DNA of 64,000 bases, from assembly GCA_017499595.2 (NCBI GenBank), contig CM039003.1, positions 620,001-684,000 on the forward strand, given 5' to 3'. This document shows, piece after piece, positions 56,597-64,000 of this stretch. The notes under the pieces were generated by a model. That model had not been told where the DNA came from and searched no databases. It saw only the letters and a program-made list of their open reading frames with translations. The stretch comes from Psilocybe cubensis (Eukaryota). The position numbers and the translations under genes were made by a program. Every line of letters begins with the position of its first letter. Position 1 is the first letter of the stretch.

Positions 56597-56640
56597 CTCT
56601 AGGCAACTCTAGGCAACTCTAGGCAACAATTCTAGGCAAC
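56597..56640 (+). repeat. Four copies of TCTAGGCAAC just upstream of gag
   Basis: TTCTAGGCAACTCTAGGCAACTCTAGGCAACAATTCTAGGCAAC. Confidence 0.85.
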
Positions 56641-56669
56641 ACTTTCTGACTCTGTAACTGGTTTACGCT

Positions 56670-58856
56670 ATGACTGATTCTGGCAATCCGCTTCCATCCT
56701 CTACTCCCACTATGGCTACTACCATCATCCAACGTACTCCTGTCGATATGCCCGTTCCTAAATCTAGTGCTGCTCCAAAATTCACTGGATCTTACGTCGA
56801 CGTCAAGAACTTCTTGGATCACTGCGACCACATTTTTGATCAGTACAATGTCACTCTCGACGATGACAAAGTACGATACATGGTTCAATGCTGCAACCAA
56901 GAGAGCAGAGAAATCATTGAAGGTTTACCCAGCCACCATGCCAAGCAATGGGAACGACTCAAGACTGATATGCTCAAGATCTTTGACCATGCTAGGACGA
57001 CGCAGAAGTTCACGTTGAGTACTCTTCGTGCTTACGCTTTCCAACACTCCAATCTCTCTATGCGCTCTCTTGATGACTTCCGCGAGTATCAGAAGCAATA
57101 CATTCGCATTGCTGGTTGGCTTCTCAACAACAACAAGATATCCAAGACGGAATACAATCAATACTTCTGGCTAGGAATCAATGAATCCCTCCGACCTGCG
57201 CTCAAAAGCAAGATCATGGTTTTTAATCCTCATATTGATCTCTCCTCACCTTTTTCCATTGAAGACGTCACCAAGGCAGTTGAAATCATCTTTAAACGAG
57301 ACCGCTTTGACGTTGGAATCTTTGACAATCCTTCTGCACGCCCCTTCACGTCTCTTATTCCTCCAAAGGATTCGTATCCAGAGCGTTCATCAGTCTTTGA
57401 CGAGATCAAGAAGTACTTACAGGAGATGTTTCCTAACATTGAGACACGCGATGCCCGTGAACGTCCATACAATCCCCCGGAAGAGACCAAGCGCATCTTT
57501 CAGGATCTAGACAAGAAAGAGAAGCAAGCACACAAGGACGACGAAGTAGAGAACTTGATCAAGCAGATGTCAAAGCTCACCATCCATGATTCTTCGTACG
57601 CCATTTACTATCTTCGTGCCATCAAGTTGGAACCCGCTCTTGCTAACATGCTCATTGCTCCGGCCATTATGAATCCAAGTGCACAGCCAGCTCAGCCAGT
57701 CCCAATCGCAAGTCAGACAGCACCTCCAGCACCACGAGCACCACGTCAGTCCGCATCCGAGATCATCTGCTATGGTTGCCATCAACAAGGCCATGGAATC
57801 AACAACTGCCCAACGCTCATTGATCTTACAAACCGCAAGCTCATCTCCAGAGACAGTAGCAATCGAGTTGTCTTTCCTGATGGATCCCGCATTATTCGCC
57901 AGAATGGAGAGTCAATCGCACAAGCAGTCCTTCGTCAACAACAGCCTCCTCCTCCTCCTCCTCAAGTCGCTACCACGAGCATAGCCGTATCCGAAGCATA
58001 TTATGGTCAGATGTTCAAGAACTACAGAGCCATGGTTGCAGAAGAAGAAGAGGACGACATTGGAACCTGGGATGGAGAAGACGAGTTTGAATTTACGCTG
58101 GCAGGTCCTGGTAATCGAATCCCAACTGAAAAGCAAACACGTGCTGCACGCAAACAGGTCATGGACGCTGTAGTACCTCCGGAACCCGCGTATCTCAAAG
58201 GAAAGCGAGCGGAAATGAGTAAAGCTAAGGATTCTTCTCAGATCCCATCTATTCTTAAACGTCCGGCTAACTCTGGATTGCCGAACAACGTGCCTAGCTC
58301 CACTTCCATTCAACCTGTCCCAATCCCGTCAATTAATCAACCTTCTGCCGAAATGAATCCATCAATTCCTGTCAAACAAGCTCAACCCAATGTCCCGATT
58401 AGGGCAAATCCAACGGAACATCCCGAGACTGCACAACGACACGAGGTTTTTGATCCGGCCGATGATGATCAAATCATGGAAGATGTCACTCCTAGTCTAG
58501 AACGAGGCAAATCAGTTACCAAGCCACGTGCAGCCCCTCAGAAACATGTCTCTGACATATCCCAAACTGTTGACACTATGGCCATTCTCAGACGATGCCT
58601 TAATCAACCCGTTAATGCGACGTTTGGCGAGTTACTTGGAGTTTCAAAGGACCTTAGGACCCTTCTTATCAACAGCATCAAAGGCAAGACCCTTACTGTC
58701 GACGAATTCAAAGCTTCATTGGCAAACGGCAACTTAAAGCTTTCCGATAAGGAAGTTCTAGACATCATTCGCAGTGCCAAAAAGGACGTACCTGTTCAAT
58801 ACATGCACGAGACCAATTCAGTTGAATCCCTTCGCGCTCACGAGCCCCTTCTTTGA
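56670..58856 (+). CDS. gag: Retrotransposon Gag with CCHC zinc knuckle
   Basis: 728-aa ORF; APKFTG...FL capsid-like N-terminus; CYGCHQQGHGINNC fits CX2CX4HX4C. Confidence 0.85.
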   Translation: MTDSGNPLPSSTPTMATTIIQRTPVDMPVPKSSAAPKFTGSYVDVKNFLDHCDHIFDQYNVTLDDDKVRYMVQCCNQESREIIEGLPSHHAKQWERLKTDMLKIFDHARTTQKFTLSTLRAYAFQHSNLSMRSLDDFREYQKQYIRIAGWLLNNNKISKTEYNQYFWLGINESLRPALKSKIMVFNPHIDLSSPFSIEDVTKAVEIIFKRDRFDVGIFDNPSARPFTSLIPPKDSYPERSSVFDEIKKYLQEMFPNIETRDARERPYNPPEETKRIFQDLDKKEKQAHKDDEVENLIKQMSKLTIHDSSYAIYYLRAIKLEPALANMLIAPAIMNPSAQPAQPVPIASQTAPPAPRAPRQSASEIICYGCHQQGHGINNCPTLIDLTNRKLISRDSSNRVVFPDGSRIIRQNGESIAQAVLRQQQPPPPPPQVATTSIAVSEAYYGQMFKNYRAMVAEEEEDDIGTWDGEDEFEFTLAGPGNRIPTEKQTRAARKQVMDAVVPPEPAYLKGKRAEMSKAKDSSQIPSILKRPANSGLPNNVPSSTSIQPVPIPSINQPSAEMNPSIPVKQAQPNVPIRANPTEHPETAQRHEVFDPADDDQIMEDVTPSLERGKSVTKPRAAPQKHVSDISQTVDTMAILRRCLNQPVNATFGELLGVSKDLRTLLINSIKGKTLTVDEFKASLANGNLKLSDKEVLDIIRSAKKDVPVQYMHETNSVESLRAHEPLL

Positions 58857-60551
58857 ATCACATTAATGTGTAATGGTCACGAACTCAATGCCTTGATTGA
58901 CAGTGGATCTACGCAGAACATTCTAAGCGAACAGGCTTGGAAGAAGATTGTCAAGTTGCCGATGGACAGCCGGAATACTATTGTTATGGTCGATATTCAT
59001 GGCGGCAAATCCCACATGCTTGGATTTGTTGGAAATGTTCAACTTGATATTGGTACAGTCAGGACGCGTGCTCATTGCTATGTATCCGACAAAGTCCAGT
59101 TTGATATACTCTTAGGACGTCCATGGACCCGTGACAACTATGTGGACATTCTAGAACAACCCGAAGGGACCTTCATTGCCTTCTATGACGTCAAAGATCC
59201 TACACGTGAGCAGAAATTCCTTGTGACACCTGATACTCAGCACGACCGGCGTTACTTCACGGATACCATTTACGACAAGACCCCCCACACAATGTTAGCA
59301 CACAACAACCTCTCCTTAGCTAATCCGGATGCCGAAGAAGGTGAAATTGAAGAAGATCTAGAACCCGGTGAATTATTAGATGACCTTTGCTATCCATCAC
59401 CTACCCCTTCTATGATCGAGTTATCTATCCTTACTAGGCAACAATCTCTGAATCGGGACGAATCTGCTAACCCAAATGAGGACTTATCCACTTCACAAGA
59501 TGCACCCTCTTTCTCTGACTCCAACTGCAAACATGACTCGACTCAGGACTCCTCTCACGGTCTCTACGCTTCCGATTATGACTCAATGTATCAAGATGAC
59601 TCGGGAACTTCTCAATTCAATGCGACAGCCCATTATGGTCATATTTCCACACCACCTTACGATTCCACACATGAGGCCCCACAAATAGAACAGCCACCAT
59701 CACCATCTGTCAATCCGTCCATCAAATCCCACACTTCAGACAATAACGACCCACATGAAGAAGAACCAGCTGATGATGATCCAGAAATGGAACAATTGAG
59801 CTCACCCGAAGTAGAAGCTATTCAATTCTCTTCTGACAATACTCACCTTACGGCTATGGGAATGCTCAACCCCCACTTGCGCTTTGAAGACTGGATTCTA
59901 TACGACGCCACTTATTCTTCTCCTACTCGTGTTGTTTCTGACCGAACAGGAACGGCCTTTGTCCATTATGTTTATCTGCAGAGAGACAGCCATATAAACT
60001 TGACGACGACTCCAACTATTCTACACTTCAGTCGCACTGGTATCTCGTCTCAATCTAACCACTCTGCTTCAGTCAGTGCCTATCCAATGGGCCAACGTCA
60101 CTCAGCATCCTGGACTCATTTTATTCCCCAATCCATTCGCTCTCAAAACGCTTCTCCTATTCCCCAACCTCATTCCCGAAGTTCTGCTCTTCCAGAGACA
60201 CCTCTTTCGATTATGATTCACCAAGAAACACGTGTATCATCGACGGTCACCGCAAATGTAGACGAGCATCATCGAGGCCCAAAAGCTTTGGTACATCCTC
60301 TGCGAGTAGCCCACGACAGTCCGAAGGAGCCATTAAACGAGGATGAAGAAGAGCTACAAATAGCCCAAAATGGCAAAGAGGTCGACCACAATTCTTCCCT
60401 TTTACCTCTTTCCATAACCAGCACAATGCACGAATCGCGAGCTTCAAATATGGATGATGGAAACGAATGGTACTATCAGTATGGAGAAGAAAGTCCCTTT
60501 GGTATCGACAACACAGAAGAACATCCCTTGGACGCCAACACATTGTACTGA
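58857..60551 (+). CDS. Retrotransposon aspartic protease plus long acidic/Ser-rich spacer, same frame as gag
   Basis: ALIDSGSTQN active site and DILLGRPW flap motif. Confidence 0.85.
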   Translation: MTLMCNGHELNALIDSGSTQNILSEQAWKKIVKLPMDSRNTIVMVDIHGGKSHMLGFVGNVQLDIGTVRTRAHCYVSDKVQFDILLGRPWTRDNYVDILEQPEGTFIAFYDVKDPTREQKFLVTPDTQHDRRYFTDTIYDKTPHTMLAHNNLSLANPDAEEGEIEEDLEPGELLDDLCYPSPTPSMIELSILTRQQSLNRDESANPNEDLSTSQDAPSFSDSNCKHDSTQDSSHGLYASDYDSMYQDDSGTSQFNATAHYGHISTPPYDSTHEAPQIEQPPSPSVNPSIKSHTSDNNDPHEEEPADDDPEMEQLSSPEVEAIQFSSDNTHLTAMGMLNPHLRFEDWILYDATYSSPTRVVSDRTGTAFVHYVYLQRDSHINLTTTPTILHFSRTGISSQSNHSASVSAYPMGQRHSASWTHFIPQSIRSQNASPIPQPHSRSSALPETPLSIMIHQETRVSSTVTANVDEHHRGPKALVHPLRVAHDSPKEPLNEDEEELQIAQNGKEVDHNSSLLPLSITSTMHESRASNMDDGNEWYYQYGEESPFGIDNTEEHPLDANTLY

Positions 60552-63500
60552 CTATCTGGACGGTGCATGGACATCAGCTTGCTTCCTCAACGCCCTCTCT
60601 TTGTTCTCCAATCCCCTCAATTTTTCTTTGTCACCTTTGCTGTTGCTGGTGTTTCTTCTTCCTCATTGTTATGCCTTTATCCCACCTCCCATTTTATTTC
60701 CACATTTTGCGTTTCTCTTTTCCATTTCACGGACACTTATGTAGATTTTTCATTTGTGCAACGAGTTCTTGAATGCCTCCACTTTTCTTTTATGCGCCTT
60801 TTCCTCACATTCACACTCTCAATGGCAACTCCACGCCATACAACCTTTTCCTTTACCTTTTATTTCCATTTTCTTTCCACTTTATCCATTTGTATGTACG
60901 TCGACCGAAAAGTCGTTAAACTAACCTTTATTTATTCCTCCCTTTTATTTATTTGTTCCACCCCCGCTTTACCACTTCAGTCCGCAAACGAATCCTCAGG
61001 TCACCTATTGCAGAGTTCTTGGAGAAACACACGCAACCTCCCAAAGGAATGCTATACGGAATCTCTATCTCCAATATACACCACCATCACGCCTCCAATA
61101 CACCTCAAACTCCTACAGAATCGGGAAGGGCTTCATCTTATCCACAAAGAGCAAAAAATCAAGCTTACGGACAAGATAAGAAGGACGACCACTCCATTAC
61201 CTCTGATGGGTCAAGACCTACAGAAATTTCGGATAGATCAAAGCATTTATGCGAGATCATGGTCACTCAATTCAGATATTACTGCTAAACCCACCGTCAA
61301 CCGAACTAATTCGGCAAGGTCGTCAAGCTCTCCTACAATTGGTTTTGTATTCACTGCCGCGTCAGGATCAACACTATCAACCTTTCGAGCCTCCATGAAT
61401 CAATTCATATCACCTATTCTTTCCCCCTCTTCTGCCAATACTGCCTATAAACGAGTTGATCGGAAAGTTAGACCTATAAATCGGGTTACTCCAGAATCGG
61501 CCAAAGTTATACGACGAATTCCTGTTGATCCCTTATTATCTCTCCCACCTCTCCCGCTCCATCCCCCTGCCTTTACACCAACAACCAGACTTACTCTTGA
61601 ACGCATACAATCAATGAACATTAACGCCAACAAATTCCTATGGCCGGAAGAAGAAAAGCTTTTCCTTCATATTCTTAAACTCAATGAACACTCACTCGCT
61701 TTTCATCAGTCCGAACGTGGAACATTTTCTGAAGAATACTTCTCTCCATACATCTTTCCTGTTGAGGATCACGAGCCCTGGGTAGTCCGAAATATTCCTA
61801 TTCCACCCGGCATCAAGGATCAAGTTATCAGTCTCTTACGTGAAAAGATAGACGCTGGAGTATACGAACCAAGCCAAGCTCCGTATCGCTCTCCAATTTT
61901 CTGGGTCAAGAAGAAGACATCTGGTGCTATCCGTCTAGTTCATGATCTGCAGATTCTTAACTCTATTTCCTATCGCGACGCAGGAGTTCCTCCAGTTCTT
62001 GACGACTTTGTGGTTCCCTTTGCTGGTCATTCTATTTACACGGTCTTTGACTTATATTGGGGATATGACGCACGCAAAATCCATCCTATAAGCCGAGATC
62101 TTACCACATTCCAGTCGCCTATTGGACCTCTTCGACTTACTTCAATGCCTATGGGATATACGAATGCAGTAGCGGAATTTCAAGCCTGTACCACCTTTAT
62201 CCTTCGTGACGAGATCCCTCACGTAGCCAATGTCTTTATCGACGATGTTCCTATCAAAGGCCCTCCAACACAGTACTTAGACAAGGACGGCAATCCAGAA
62301 ACACTTCCAGAAAATCCAGGAATACAACGATTTGTCTGGGAACACGCTCAAGATGTTCATCGAGTTATGCACCGCATGGGATGTGCTGGTGCTACATTTT
62401 CTGGACCAAAGACTCAGCTCGCTCAGCCTAAAGTTCTTATCCTTGGACAGTTATGCACTCCGGATGGACGACTACCCAATCAGAGCAAGGTACAAAAAGT
62501 CACTGATTGGCCACGACCAAAGTCTGTGCACGACATCCGATCCTTTCTAGGTCTATGCGGAACAATGCGTGTTTGGATCAGAAATTACTCAGCCCTTGTC
62601 CGACCACTCACAGAACTCTATCGTAAGGACGAACCCTTTGTCTGGACCCAACAACGAGAAGACTCTTTCCAAACTCTCAAAGAAATCATTTCCAATCCTC
62701 CTGTTCTCACTTCTATTGACTATTCATCCGATCGCCCAGTTATTCTTGCCGTGGACACTTCTCACATTGCTATTGGTATCATTCTCTATCAACTTGACAA
62801 AGGAGGCATCCGACGACCTGTCCGCTATGGTTCTATCTCACTTAATCCACGAGAAGCACGATACAGTCAGCCCAAGCTTGAGTTATATGGTCTTTTCCGT
62901 GCTCTTCGAGAATTCCGCCTCTATCTTATTGGAGTCAAGAACCTCTACGTTGAAGTCGATGCCAAGTATATCAAAGGCATGCTCAATCAGCCTGACTTGC
63001 AGCCTAGTGCTAGTATGAATCGATGGATACAAGGCATTCTTCTCTTTGACTTCAAGCTCATCCATGTAAAGGCCGGTAATCATCGTGGACCTGATGGACT
63101 TTCAAGGCAACAACCAACTTCTGAAGAGTTAGAAGAACCTCAAGAAGACGATGACTGGCTCGACAATATTGCTCTTCTTAATACGGTCAAATTTTTCCCT
63201 ACTTTTCTTTTTACTCCCTCTTCTATGCCATCGTATGACTCTATCTCGCTTCCTTCTTTTATTGCTTCTTCTTCTTCTCAAGAACGGACACTTCGACAAA
63301 TTCTTCAATTTCTTACAGACCAAACTATACCCCCTTTTCCCAATTTGCAGTCCCGACGACGATTCCTTGCTCGCGCTACTCAGTACTATCTCAAAGATGA
63401 TCAACTCTATCGACGACGACAAGGAAGACCTCCACTCTTGGTTATTCTAGATCCAGACAAGCGACGTCTCATTCTTACTCAAGCTCATGAAGAATTCGGA

Positions 63501-64000
63501 CATCGAGGAATATATGGTGTGTTTGGAGTTATTCGCATTCGGTTTTTCTGGCCATTTCTTTTTCAGGATATCAAGCATCATCTCGCTACTTGCCATGAAT
63601 GTCAGATCAGATCCACCAAGAAAAGCGAAGTTCCTATCACTATCACAGCTCCCCCAACTATCTTCACTATCATCAATGTCGACGTCATGTACATGCCCAA
63701 ATCTGGACGCTTCCGATACGTAGTCCTAGCCCGAGACGACTTATCACGTGCACCTGAAGGACGTGCCCTCAAGTCTTTACGTTCCGAAGAGCTGGCTACT
63801 TTCTTTTGGGAAGAAGTCATATGCCGATATGGTGCTATTGCTATTGTACGCACGGACAATGGAGTAGAAGTCTCTGGCGCTTTCAGTCTTTTGATGGAAA
63901 AGTACGGCATTCCTCAAGTTCGCATTTCTCCTTACAACTCTAAAGCCAATGGATCTATTGAACGTGGTCACATTGACTTCCGTGAATCCATTCTCAAAGC
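60552..64000 (+). CDS. pol: Pol (reverse transcriptase, RNase H, integrase), open to the window end
   Basis: Same frame as gag. I translated 60552 to ~61800 without a stop, and the ORF track lists no closed ORF in this frame beyond that. Motifs RLVHDL, DLYWGY, MPMGYTN, VFIDDV (RT); AVDTS, ELYG (RNase H); H-H-C-C zinc finger, RTDNG and NGSIER (integrase). Confidence 0.9.

Larger units (their letters stand above)
54741..64000 (+). mobile_element. Ty3/gypsy LTR retrotransposon, 3' part beyond the window; 5' boundary tentative
   Basis: Domain order gag (CCHC), protease, RT, RNase H, integrase. The candidate LTR start TGTCACAC at 54741 and possible end ...TTACA at 56571 cannot be confirmed without the 3' LTR. 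Confidence 0.85.

Noticed and set aside
56597-56640. CRISPR-like array
   Set aside because: Simple 10-bp tandem repeat without unique spacers, in a eukaryotic retrotransposon leader.

Overview
This is a eukaryotic fungal locus, most likely an Agaricomycete basidiomycete (inferred from the intron-rich genes, the MCM3 sequence and the transposon families), made of nested mobile elements. The main feature is a 44,610-bp CACTA/En-Spm-type DNA transposon at 6735-51344. It has 24-bp CACTG terminal inverted repeats, a 3-bp AGT target-site duplication and subterminal repeats. It inserted into the transposase gene of a ~1.6-kb Tc1 (DD34E) element and split it into two halves 44.6 kb apart; removing the insertion restores the Tc1 frame exactly (GIGFAT-RIDG). 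Near its right end the giant element carries an apparently intact intron-containing Tnp2/Transposase_21-type transposase. It also carries about a dozen other genes: a frameshifted, intron-containing copy of MCM3, two paralogous PTH11/rhodopsin-domain membrane proteins, a WD40-like protein, a nucleotidyltransferase-fold protein, a Pro/Gln-repeat protein and several hypotheticals. Its spacers are rich in short arrays of a trinucleotide alternating with its reverse complement. The flanks hold a decayed Plavaka-like transposase (left) and a Ty3/gypsy retrotransposon (right, truncated by the window end). In the gypsy element, gag, protease and pol lie in one frame broken by two TGA codons, one in the TGA-CTA readthrough context. 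Exon boundaries were read by eye and are approximate. Family assignments come from motif recognition, not database searches.
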